Source: an uncultured bacterium (GTDB lineage: Bacteria; Verrucomicrobiota; Verrucomicrobiia; Verrucomicrobiales; V1-33). Taken from it: DNA of 64,000 nt. The stretch covers positions 16,906 to 80,905 of the forward strand of contig CAJBME010000131.1 of NCBI GenBank assembly GCA_903954065.1, read 5' to 3'. Below are positions 25,636 to 34,460 of the stretch, piece after piece. Positions within the stretch are counted from its first letter, which is position 1, and every line of letters starts with the position of its first letter. Below the pieces are notes generated by a model. It saw nothing but the letters and a program-made list of their open reading frames with translations, did not search any database and was not told the DNA's origin. The translations under genes were made by a program, and so were the position numbers.

Positions 25636-26625
25636 CTACAGGTCCAAGCCGGTTGGGATGCGAACGGTGACGTTCGTTGGGTCGCCTTTGCGCTCGATCA
25701 AGAAACCGGACATGAGGACAACCGCGGACTGGTCGGCAGAACCACCGCCCACTTTACGCCAGCCGATACCGGAGATACCACCGCTGCTGTAAAAATAACG
25801 GTCATATCCGCCCGAACCATTTGGATTCCAGATGATGTCCGCGGCCGTTGAGGTGCCTTGGGTCAATTCAGTCTGGAGTTGGCTGTCGGTCAGGGTCAGA
25901 CCGACTGGGATGACGCGGCTCACTGGATTGAAGCCTTTGATGACGCCAGTCTTGGTCGCGGACGTTTGAACGTGGCCGGTGAAGACGACTGGGAGATCAG
26001 CGGCGCCACGGCGCTCGATGAAGATAGCATCGGTGATCGAGATCGCTTCGTTAGCGGCATCGGCAGAGCCACCGCCGACTTTACGCCAGCCGACACCGGA
26101 CAAACCACCAGCCGAACGATAGACGCGGGTGTATCCACCGGCACCGTTAGGAATCCAGAGGACGTCGGCGCTCGTGGCGGTGCCTTGAGCGAGACCAGCC
26201 GTGTTGGTCGCACCGAAAGTGCTGGCCACGGTTGGGGTCTTACGCACTTCATATTTCACGCCGGCGGCGAGAAGAGCGCTGATGTCCTGAGCGGTCGTGA
26301 GAGTTTTTGCCGTGAAAGCCGTAACGTCCTGTGTGACGCCAGCGTTTGCACCGTCGGTGATTTTCAACGTGATCGGCTCACCAGCAGTGAAAGCGGCTGT
26401 GTAATTCGCTTCGTTGTCGGTCAGCGTCGCGCCAGCGATGGTGTCGATGGTGCCAGCAGCGCCCACTGGATTGTCCAGGTTGGAGCTCAGCAAGTTGAAC
26501 ACCCCGGCTTTGACTGTCTCAGTCCTATAACCGACAGGCTTGGTGGTGGCGGTTTGCGCGAATGAGGGAGACAGGACCGCGGCAAACAACGCGGCGCCAG
26601 TCAAGATACGGGATGGAATTTTCAT
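25636..26625 (-). CDS. Secreted protein with two ~60-aa internal repeats (W-x-P-N-G-x-GGY ... GWRKVGGGSAD ... IER+G)
   Basis: Signal peptide MKIPSRILTGAALFAAVLSPSFAQ. Repeat 1 is aa 147-207 (nt 26005-26187) and repeat 2 is aa 256-314 (nt 25684-25860), aligned by hand. Confidence 0.7.
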   Translation of the reverse strand: MKIPSRILTGAALFAAVLSPSFAQTATTKPVGYRTETVKAGVFNLLSSNLDNPVGAAGTIDTIAGATLTDNEANYTAAFTAGEPITLKITDGANAGVTQDVTAFTAKTLTTAQDISALLAAGVKYEVRKTPTVASTFGATNTAGLAQGTATSADVLWIPNGAGGYTRVYRSAGGLSGVGWRKVGGGSADAANEAISITDAIFIERRGAADLPVVFTGHVQTSATKTGVIKGFNPVSRVIPVGLTLTDSQLQTELTQGTSTAADIIWNPNGSGGYDRYFYSSGGISGIGWRKVGGGSADQSAVVLMSGFLIERKGDPTNVTVRIPTGLDL

Positions 26626-26660
26626 GGCGAATTAAGTGATTTTTCTGGTAGGCAATGATG

Positions 26661-26689
26661 AACTTAGGAGAACTGCCACAAATTAGCAA
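26661..26689 (-). promoter_or_regulatory. Candidate promoter for the repeat-protein gene (TTGCTA-N17-TAAGTT on the minus strand)
   Basis: Hexamers read on the minus strand (forward tagcaa 26684-26689, aactta 26661-26666). Lies in the 165-nt gap after the secretin stop. Confidence 0.35.
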
Positions 26690-26790
26690 GCTTTTCTGCG
26701 ACAAGGGGTGGTTTTTTTTGGGAGATGGGGGGAAATTCCAAGGGAAGATCAATAGATTGCTCAGTTTTAAGCCATCAAGTCAACGAAAAA

Positions 26791-29700
26791 TTAACGAGAT
26801 CCTGTCCCGCGGGTCGTAGCCGCAGGCTCGGACGCTGGTTTTTTACCCCAATTCCAAGGGAGAAGACGCGATCCACCCGACTTTTCAGGATTTCCCGCGG
26901 CCGCCCGGGCCGAGGCATTCTCGCGTTCCCAAAAGGCGGGAGAACGTTTTTCGCTCGGCAGCGAAGTCGGAGATTCTGGCTCCGGCGTTTGAGCCGCCGC
27001 TGTCGGCTGCGCCTCGACCCCAGCCGGCGCGACCGTCGGCTTCAGGGTAAGCGCTTTCACATTCGCCTCGATCACCGGCGCCGTCGCGGCGGCTGGCACT
27101 GCCTCCGCGGTCGGTTGCGGCCTCACTGCAGGCTGCGAACGCCCCGCTTCGTTGGGAAGCAAGGTGTGGGCCGAATCAAGCGGGATGTCGCCATTCTCCG
27201 TCGGCAGGATGACATCGCTGGAATCATACGCCGGTCTGGCGAATTTTTCCGCTTCCTTGCCCACCGCCGTGCGACGCAATTGATCCGTGTGCATGCCCTC
27301 GAGCTCCTCCGAGGTCTCGACAATCCGCGGTTGGATGAACATCAACAATTCCGACCGGCGGCGGCCTTTGGTAGTGTTGCCGAGCATACCGCGCAAAATC
27401 GGCACCCGGGTGAGCCATGGAATGCCTTTGTTAGTGCGGTCATCCGTCTCTTGAATAACCCCGCCAATGACGGCAATGCCGCCGTTGGGCACTGTGATCT
27501 CGGTGGTCAGGAACTGCTGGGTGATTTCCGGAACCAGCTGCTCACCGACTTGGCGGTCCGGCCCAAGACCATCGTTGATCTCGGTGATGTTCAGAGTCAC
27601 CTCGTTTTTCGAGTTGATGAGCGGAGTGACGAGAATCTCCAGGTTCACATCCTCGTATTCCACATTGGTGTTGAAGGTCGTCGTGCCGTTAGTGACGTTC
27701 GACTGCGTATTCGAGGGCACCGGAATGCGGCGTCCCACTGAAATATTCGCTTCTTTGTTGTTCGCCGTAAAAACGAACGGGCGCGACAGAATCTGGGCCC
27801 GGCCCGTGGACTCCACAGCCCGGACATAGACGTTGAAGAATTCACCCAAGGCCCCGTAGAGGTTCAGCCCGCCGGTAACATTCGTGAAGCTGGAGATATC
27901 CATGAGGTCACCAGGGTCAATGATGCCGCTGGTATTACCCAAGTTGGTCAAGGCTCCAGCCCACGTGATATTTTGTCCGCCAATGACGACATCTTCGGCT
28001 TTCCGGATGATGTCCATGCCGTATTGCATGTCGTCATTCAGGGTGATTTCGGCGATAACCGCAGAAATGGCCACCTGCAAAGGACGCACATCCATTTCGC
28101 CGAGGACTTCCTCGATCCGTGTCAGGTGTTCAGGCGGACCTGCGATCAAGAGTGAATTGGAGCGAGGCTCCGCGATGAGCAGCGTTTTGCCCACAATGGT
28201 CGAGGACGGGATGAGTTCCTGACCGGTGCTACTGTTCGAGCTGCTGCGGCCGCTGCTGAGGCCACCGCCACCCGCGCCACCACCACCACCCGCGCCGCCG
28301 CGCCCCCCAGCACCGCCACGCGCCGCATTGGCACCAAATGTCTGGCCACCGCCAAACGCCGCATTACCCTGAAAGCCGGTGCCAGTGCCTTGACGACCTC
28401 CCGCACCACCCCGGGCCCCACCAGCCACCGCACCCTGCGCCCCGGCCGCCCCGCCCGCGGCACCACCACCACCAATGACCTCGGTGCCGCGACCAATGGC
28501 GTCCGTAGCAATATTCAGGAAATCCTCAACACGGATGAAACGAAGCTGGAAACGCTTCAGGTTCTTCACGTTCGCTTCCTTATCGAGCTCCTTGATCAAG
28601 TCCTTCAGATACACCAAATCACTCGGACGCCCGGAAACAAGCACCTCGTTGGTGCGCGTAATCGCTTTGACCATGACCGTGGATTCATCAGGCGGCAGAG
28701 CTCCCCCCGCCTGTCCCGGCTGGCCCGCGACCCCACCCAAAACCCCCGGAGGCAAACCCGCCTGCAACTGGTCGGCCGCCACGTTGACCGCCACCCCGCG
28801 CGTGCCACCGCTGCCCGAAGCCTGCCCACGAAGCTTCGTCTGCGCCGCCAGAATTTCCGTCAGCACTTGCGCGACTTCTTCCGCATCCGCCCGCTCCAAT
28901 TGGAAAAATTCCTTCTCCACCGCCGCACTGGGGACGTCGATTTTTTCCTGCAAGGCAATGGCCAAGCGAATGGCCGGCAGATTGTCGGTGATGATCAGCG
29001 CACCCGCGGCTGGCACCGGCGTGATTTTGCTGACGTTTTGGCGGCTTTGCCCCAGAATCGCCTGCAGTGATCGCGCGGCATCCTCAGCCCCGATATGCTT
29101 GAGATAGAGGACGTAATTGATGATTTGCTCCGTTTCAGGAAGCATTTTGGGGTCGGTATAAACCGCCTGCACGCTGGAGCCTTGCTCGACCTGAGGACCG
29201 CGGGCCGTCGGGATGACCTTGTCGACCCCTTTAATATCAGACGGGATGATGCTGTACCCATTGAGCAGGAGAAACGCCTTGATGTAGTCGGCGGCCTGAT
29301 TGCGGGTCATCTTGCCGTTGCTCCGCAGCGGGAGCTGCGTGCCCTGAATGGTGCCGTCGCGCATGGTGCTGCGCCCCGTGAAAGCCTCGTATTTGTCAAT
29401 GATCTCAGCGATGTCCATCGCCGATTCCGTAAACTCAATCTCAGGAACTTCGGGATCGTATCCCGGCTCCGCCGCAATGACCGCACCGGCGTCTGTCCCG
29501 CCAGCAGAACCAGCAGCTGTCGCGCCAGCGGCCGCAGCAGGAGTGGCGGAGGCAGCTCCAGCCGCCGGACGCCCTGCACTCGAGGAGCCAGGCAGACTGG
29601 CCGGACGCCGCGGACGATCCCCCGGCGTCGAGGTCGGAGCCAACGAAGGAGTTTCGACCGTGGGTGGCACCGTTTCAGACGAAGTCGGGGCCTCCACGAC

Positions 29701-30072
29701 GACCGGAGAGACCGCGCCCCCCGGCAACGGACTCTCCGTCGCCTCAGTCACCGCAACCGGGGCCGCGGGCACCGGCTCAGCAGAGACCGGCGCCGGAACG
29801 GCTTCAGCCGGAGCTACCGGAGCTACCGGAGCCGCCGGAGCCGCCGCGCCTGGGGCTGAGGCGGTGGCGGCGACTGGGGCAGCGGCAGGCGCAGAAGGAG
29901 GAGGGGTGACGACGCTCCGCGGCCGCACCACCGGCCGGGCGGGGCGGGCCCCGGGCTGGTTAGGGGTCACAGGCGCGGCCGGAGTCTCCTCCTGATTTTG
30001 AGCCTTGAGGACGACCAGGAGACCGAGAGCCAGCCCGGAAGGCAGCAGATACTTCGCAAAAGATTTGTCCAT
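26791..30072 (-). CDS. Secretin (GspD/PilQ family) with long low-complexity extensions
   Basis: C-terminal secretin core: GRAQILSRPFVFTANNKEANISVG..TEITVPNGGIAVIGGVIQETDDRTNKGIPWLTRVPILRGMLG..SELLMFIQPRIV. N0-like block EIEFTESAMDIAEIIDKYEAFTG. The ~200-aa N-terminus is Pro/Ala-rich. A Gly-rich insert sits near nt 28215-28480, and a ~200-aa tail follows the secretin core. Confidence 0.9.
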   Translation of the reverse strand: MDKSFAKYLLPSGLALGLLVVLKAQNQEETPAAPVTPNQPGARPARPVVRPRSVVTPPPSAPAAAPVAATASAPGAAAPAAPVAPVAPAEAVPAPVSAEPVPAAPVAVTEATESPLPGGAVSPVVVEAPTSSETVPPTVETPSLAPTSTPGDRPRRPASLPGSSSAGRPAAGAASATPAAAAGATAAGSAGGTDAGAVIAAEPGYDPEVPEIEFTESAMDIAEIIDKYEAFTGRSTMRDGTIQGTQLPLRSNGKMTRNQAADYIKAFLLLNGYSIIPSDIKGVDKVIPTARGPQVEQGSSVQAVYTDPKMLPETEQIINYVLYLKHIGAEDAARSLQAILGQSRQNVSKITPVPAAGALIITDNLPAIRLAIALQEKIDVPSAAVEKEFFQLERADAEEVAQVLTEILAAQTKLRGQASGSGGTRGVAVNVAADQLQAGLPPGVLGGVAGQPGQAGGALPPDESTVMVKAITRTNEVLVSGRPSDLVYLKDLIKELDKEANVKNLKRFQLRFIRVEDFLNIATDAIGRGTEVIGGGGAAGGAAGAQGAVAGGARGGAGGRQGTGTGFQGNAAFGGGQTFGANAARGGAGGRGGAGGGGGAGGGGLSSGRSSSNSSTGQELIPSSTIVGKTLLIAEPRSNSLLIAGPPEHLTRIEEVLGEMDVRPLQVAISAVIAEITLNDDMQYGMDIIRKAEDVVIGGQNITWAGALTNLGNTSGIIDPGDLMDISSFTNVTGGLNLYGALGEFFNVYVRAVESTGRAQILSRPFVFTANNKEANISVGRRIPVPSNTQSNVTNGTTTFNTNVEYEDVNLEILVTPLINSKNEVTLNITEINDGLGPDRQVGEQLVPEITQQFLTTEITVPNGGIAVIGGVIQETDDRTNKGIPWLTRVPILRGMLGNTTKGRRRSELLMFIQPRIVETSEELEGMHTDQLRRTAVGKEAEKFARPAYDSSDVILPTENGDIPLDSAHTLLPNEAGRSQPAVRPQPTAEAVPAAATAPVIEANVKALTLKPTVAPAGVEAQPTAAAQTPEPESPTSLPSEKRSPAFWERENASARAAAGNPEKSGGSRLLPWNWGKKPASEPAATTRGTGSR

Positions 30073-30141
30073 TGAGCTAGAGTGTGAAAGGGGCAGTAAG
30101 AATTGATCTGAAAATGAATAAGGGGATCTGGCAGAGTGATT

Positions 30142-31119
30142 TTAATTCTGCACAGCGGGCGGCAAGATGACGCGGCGGCGGCCGGGGGCCTGGCCGGGAC
30201 GAGCTGGTTGAGCTTGAGGCTGAGCCGCTTGAGTTGAGAGGTCACCCGCCGTAGGCACGGCGCCACCGCCGGCTTGAGGCACAGCGCCCGGAGGCAGACC
30301 CACAGGCTGCGGCACCGCGGCAGCCCCGGGCTGCCCTTGCGCTTGGACTTGGACTTGGTTGTTGATTTGAGCCTGCACTTGCGCGGCCCGGTTCACATTT
30401 AAATTGAGGTTCACATTGCCTCCTTGCGGTGGGCGCCCCCCCGCCGCGGCCGCCCCCGGACCCGCCACCACCGCATTCACCACCGCTTTGCGCTCAATGA
30501 TTTGTTTGTCGGATTTAATCTCGGCCTCCTCGGTCCCCTTGCGCGCCATGACCGCACTCTCAAGCAACGTCTGTCCACGATTCAACTGCACCAGCTGAAT
30601 GCCATCCGCATTCGGCTGGTCCGTGCGAATCACAAAACGCTTGTTGGTTTTTTTGTCGACGATACTCGCATAGGTCACACCCTTGCCCGAGTCCACGGTG
30701 AACCCGGCCAAGGCCAAGTCAGCAGCGAAGGAAATCGGCGGCGGGCCTTCAGCGCGGACGATCTTGAAGGCAAAGGGTGACTTCTCGATGATTTTTTCGT
30801 AGCGATCGAGACTGTAACGTTTGAGCTGGTCCGGGTGGACTGGATCCAGCGGGGTTCCTTCCGGCGATTCGCCGGCCGCGGCAGCGGGGACGGCGGGGAC
30901 AGCGGCGGCAGCCGCCACCGCTGCTTCTCTGGGTACCGGTGGAGGCGGCGTGTTCTGAGCCGCAAGGAAAGAAACAGGCGCCAGCAGCGACCAAAACGCC
31001 GCTGCCGAAACCGCCGCCTTGCGCCCGCCGGAGCCGGCCCGCAACAAGCCACAGCACCGCCGCCGAACGAAACCGGCCGTCAGAACGCAAAAGCAGAATG
31101 GGGTTTTCATGGCAGACAT
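30142..31119 (-). CDS. PilP/GspC-like secretin-associated protein (hypothetical)
   Basis: The call rests on position immediately upstream of the secretin. N-terminal hydrophobic segment, then a central beta-rich block (FAADLALAGFTVDSGKGVTYASIVDKKTNKRFVIRTDQ..GIQLVQL). Q/V/P-rich C-terminus. Start is in a TAATG overlap with the upstream stop. Confidence 0.4.
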   Translation of the reverse strand: MSAMKTPFCFCVLTAGFVRRRCCGLLRAGSGGRKAAVSAAAFWSLLAPVSFLAAQNTPPPPVPREAAVAAAAAVPAVPAAAAGESPEGTPLDPVHPDQLKRYSLDRYEKIIEKSPFAFKIVRAEGPPPISFAADLALAGFTVDSGKGVTYASIVDKKTNKRFVIRTDQPNADGIQLVQLNRGQTLLESAVMARKGTEEAEIKSDKQIIERKAVVNAVVAGPGAAAAGGRPPQGGNVNLNLNVNRAAQVQAQINNQVQVQAQGQPGAAAVPQPVGLPPGAVPQAGGGAVPTAGDLSTQAAQPQAQPARPGQAPGRRRVILPPAVQN

Positions 31120-31901
31120 TATGAGGTGGCTGGAGGACTCGTCTCCGTCGCTGCAGGAGTTGGCTCCGTCGCCGCAGGAGAGGCAGGAGCCGCATCCGTG
31201 GTCGTGGAGGATTGGACCTCGCTGGCGGCGGACTGTTCAACGGCCGTGGATCCCGTCCCTTCGTCTGCCGAAGTCTCCGTCTCAGCTTCAGTTTCCGTCG
31301 CGACGGCTGGCGGAGCCGCCAGAGGAACCGCGGGCAATGTCGGCACGTCAGAATCCATGGCCCCACCCACCGATTCACTGTCAGGACGCCACCATTGTTC
31401 AACCCGGGCCTGACAACGAACTCGCTCCTCATCCTTGGTGGGCGTCAGCTCCAGAAAACTGATAAAGCGAAAATCTTCACGACTTTGCAGGGAGTGGATG
31501 AATGTGACCAGATTTTCCATGCCGGCGGTCGTCTCGATTTCCATGATCGAGCGGTGCACCAAAGCGTCTTTTTGTGTCGGCCGTGGGTCTTTTTTGTTCA
31601 GCTCCAGATTGGCGGAGACCGCCTTGTTGGTGACCACATTAAAGAGATGGGTCTCAAGCTGATCAATGTCTTTGTAGGCAGGCAGGTGGGCGTCGAGCCA
31701 CTGGCTGGTCACGTCGACCGCCGGCTTGGCGTCCTGCAATTCTTTAAGACGCTGGATATCAAATCGGAGCGAACGCTGTTGCGCGATCGAGGCGGCCCGC
31801 CGCTGGGCGAGCATTTGATAGCCGAGGAAATTCACGATGATGAAGCCCGCCACGAGCAACAACATCATGAGGCGGCGTTCACGGCTGGACAGAGATCGCA
31901 T
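31119..31901 (-). CDS. GspM/PilO-like bitopic protein with acidic Thr/Ala/Pro-rich tail
   Basis: N-terminal TM (RRLMMLLLVAGFIIVNFLGYQML), a coiled-coil-like stretch, then a ~110-aa globular part. Overlaps the upstream gene by 23 nt. Confidence 0.45.
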   Translation of the reverse strand: MRSLSSRERRLMMLLLVAGFIIVNFLGYQMLAQRRAASIAQQRSLRFDIQRLKELQDAKPAVDVTSQWLDAHLPAYKDIDQLETHLFNVVTNKAVSANLELNKKDPRPTQKDALVHRSIMEIETTAGMENLVTFIHSLQSREDFRFISFLELTPTKDEERVRCQARVEQWWRPDSESVGGAMDSDVPTLPAVPLAAPPAVATETEAETETSADEGTGSTAVEQSAASEVQSSTTTDAAPASPAATEPTPAATETSPPATS

Positions 31902-33141
31902 TTTTTAGAGTGCCAACAACTTGGAAGCTGGCGAAGCCATTTTTCTCGCCCCGAGGAGCGGTTTTATCCCACTCGTAATCCGCGAGCCCGGGGTCGCGCG
32001 AGAGGGAGTTTTGGTAATTGATGGCCCGGGGGACGTTTTCCGCCTCCCCGGCGACCACGAGCTTGTTCGGCTCAAAAGTGAATTTGGTCAATCGGACCTG
32101 GCTTCCTTCTTCCAGCGTCTTGGCCACCTGATAAAACCGCTCTAGCGGATAGCGATCGGCATGAGTCACCTCGAGCATGGCCAGCCACCGGGCGCGTTCG
32201 CCGTCGACCCCTCCGGCAATACTCTCGAGTGCATTGCGCTGGGTTTTCAACGCCTGAGCCGCCATGATATCGCGACCGGCAAAGAATCCGTAGGCGCCGG
32301 CCACCGCCAGATAAACGAGAGCCGCCACGGCCAGCAAGCGGCGCGTACGCTGACGTTCCGCGGCCGCGATCCGGGCCTCGGCCACCTGACGCGGGAGAAA
32401 AGCAGCTGCCACCTCTGGCAGTTCCGGTGCCGGCTTTTTGCGATGAACCACTGGCACCCCGAAGGCCTCACGCAGGGCCGCCTCTCCTTCAGAATCAACT
32501 GAATCAGTCCACAATACCACATTTTCCAGACCAGCGTCCATGCCCTGCATGTCCAGCTGCATCAAGACCAACTCCAACTCATGCACGGCCGCCTGAGTGA
32601 CAACATGCGCCCCCAGCGATTGAAAATGAACCGGACGGTCGCGGCGGGTGACCACCGCCACCACTTTGCCCAACTCACGCCAGAGAATCAGACTGTTTTC
32701 CGGCAGATCAAACAGCGAAGGGGTGACCTCGAATTGATCCGGGATGCCGCCACCAGGGAAAGATTTGAGCTGCCGCTCGTTCAGCACGATCGCCAAGGCC
32801 AGCGTCTGACCGTCGGTTTGCTCGAGCGTTTGCTGCTGCACCAGCCGTCCCCCGCCCTCTTCGGTTTTGAGATTGAGCTTTTCCAGCTGAATATCGAGCG
32901 CTCCGGCGACAGCCTCTGCATCAACGGATGGCACCCAGAGCGGCACCGCGAAGGCGGCGCGCACAGGAAAAGCAAAGACGCGGGCGCCCATGACACTGGA
33001 GGGAGTGCCATCTGGCTCCATGGGGGCGGTCCCGGCGGGTTGAAAACCACCGGTCGGGCCTTGTTTCCACAATTCCCATGCCTCCTCGCCGGGGCACAGC
33101 AGGGTCATTTCCGACTTTGGGTTTTTGGTGGGGGCGGACAC
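31879..33141 (-). CDS. GspL-like (or PilM-PilN fusion-like) bitopic assembly protein
   Basis: ~250-aa cytoplasmic domain, single TM (LLAVAALVYLAVAGAYGFFAG), ~130-aa periplasmic domain. The call rests on topology and position, not on strong motifs. Confidence 0.45.
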   Translation of the reverse strand: MSAPTKNPKSEMTLLCPGEEAWELWKQGPTGGFQPAGTAPMEPDGTPSSVMGARVFAFPVRAAFAVPLWVPSVDAEAVAGALDIQLEKLNLKTEEGGGRLVQQQTLEQTDGQTLALAIVLNERQLKSFPGGGIPDQFEVTPSLFDLPENSLILWRELGKVVAVVTRRDRPVHFQSLGAHVVTQAAVHELELVLMQLDMQGMDAGLENVVLWTDSVDSEGEAALREAFGVPVVHRKKPAPELPEVAAAFLPRQVAEARIAAAERQRTRRLLAVAALVYLAVAGAYGFFAGRDIMAAQALKTQRNALESIAGGVDGERARWLAMLEVTHADRYPLERFYQVAKTLEEGSQVRLTKFTFEPNKLVVAGEAENVPRAINYQNSLSRDPGLADYEWDKTAPRGEKNGFASFQVVGTLKNAISVQP

Positions 33142-33281
33142 TACGAAATTTCTGGGTTCAAGGTGGGTTCAAGCCAAAGTGGCTGAATGAGTGCGGTCAA
33201 AATAGCTGGATGAGTGCAGGCCACACAGCCGGATGAGTAAAGGCGAAAGCGGCGGGGTCAATAAAGAAGGATGAAGCAGGG

Positions 33282-34319
33282 TCAATCAAAGAGGGGAACT
33301 TCCTCTCTCATGAGGATTTGCGGGTTTTGTGCGCGATTGCGCAGGATGAGGACAATACGTTTGCGCATGTCTCCGACGGTAGCGGTGCTTTCAATGCGAG
33401 TGGTCTGGTCCTGGTTGGTAAGGCGGTTGTTGGCGAGGGCTTCATCGAGACCCATCATGGTCGCGACCGTGTTCACGTCCAACTGTTCGTCATCCGTTGT
33501 ATCCTCGGCTCCGTCCTTGCCCCACCGCATGTCCACCACCTCCTGAGCGTCCTTAAAGTGTTCGCTGGGCTCCGCCTTCTCATCGACCGTCGTCTCAAAT
33601 TGTTGCAGCGCAAAACGTTGGGCATCAGCGACCGATTCCAACGAAGCAATAGCAAGGCACTCCGGACTGGCTTCGTTGATGTCCAGCTTGCCCGCACTAT
33701 AAATCGTAAAAATATCGCGCCACTGCGGGTACACCCCAGGAAGAATGTTCAATTCCTTGACCAGAAGCATCTCATCCAAACTGTAAAACGGACGGTTAAA
33801 AGGATAGTTCAAAAACCCTTCTTCTTCATAACGCTCCCGTTCATAGGTCTTACTGTCACCTTCCGCTTCGTCATCCTCGTCCACCCAGTTGATCAAATTA
33901 TCGATCATCAAAGAACGAAGGTCCCCATCATCCACCCCCACCGCAGCCAGCACAATTTCCAGTGTCTCGCGTCCTTCCACAGGATCCGCTTTGGCCTGCT
34001 GGACCAACGTGTTGATGTTGAACTTGCCGCCCTCACCTTTGATTTTGACCGAAAACGATTCGTCCTGAAAAATTGTCTGGTTCAAGAGCAAGAGGTCGGT
34101 TTTTTTGACCACCGGGTTGGCCGCAATGGCAATCCCCATCTCCGCCAGCTGAGTCGCCCGAAACGCTTTTTTCTGCGACGTGGCCAGCTCCGCATCACTG
34201 CGCACAATCAAAGCCGTCGTGGCCAGCATCAACGACAACGTGCCCACCACGAAAAGAACCGCCACCAGCGCGGCCGCGCGGCGGGAAGAACATCGAGAAA
34301 CTGGAATAAGTGGACCCAT
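33282..34319 (-). CDS. gspK: Type II secretion minor pseudopilin GspK-like protein
   Basis: Hydrophobic N-terminus AALVAVLFVVGTLSLMLATTAL. Family blocks GEGGKFNINTL, LINWVDEDDE, NRPFYSLDEMLLVKEL and SAGKLDINEASPECL. Confidence 0.7.
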   Translation of the reverse strand: MGPLIPVSRCSSRRAAALVAVLFVVGTLSLMLATTALIVRSDAELATSQKKAFRATQLAEMGIAIAANPVVKKTDLLLLNQTIFQDESFSVKIKGEGGKFNINTLVQQAKADPVEGRETLEIVLAAVGVDDGDLRSLMIDNLINWVDEDDEAEGDSKTYERERYEEEGFLNYPFNRPFYSLDEMLLVKELNILPGVYPQWRDIFTIYSAGKLDINEASPECLAIASLESVADAQRFALQQFETTVDEKAEPSEHFKDAQEVVDMRWGKDGAEDTTDDEQLDVNTVATMMGLDEALANNRLTNQDQTTRIESTATVGDMRKRIVLILRNRAQNPQILMREEVPLFD

Positions 34320-34460
34320 TCGGTCAATTGTAGCTGTCCCGCTGACGACTGACCAGCAGGAACAACTCTTTACGACAGCCCCACCCGGAAATCGTTGAAT
34401 AATCCCCGCTGGAGTCCCGCTTTCCTTTTTCAGACACTCGGCGTATGGTCGAGATCTGTC

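Noticed and set aside
26725-29995. Long plus-strand ORFs (26725..27741, 28390..29070, 28475..29107, 29095..29859, 29348..29995) opposite the secretin gene. Similar antisense ORFs include 35120..35815 opposite ribBA, 17162..17530, 20317..20739, 53582..54340 and 57252..57866.
   Set aside because: Their products are Arg/Pro/Gly-rich low-complexity sequence with no motifs. They lie exactly antisense to genes with strong family signatures. This is typical of stop-codon-poor antisense frames in high-GC DNA.
33282-34319. Whether the GspK-like gene marks the end of a full gsp operon continuing upstream (gspG-J).
   Set aside because: The next gene upstream (34461..35072) is on the opposite strand and encodes an unrelated secreted protein, so no pseudopilin genes are contiguous in this window.
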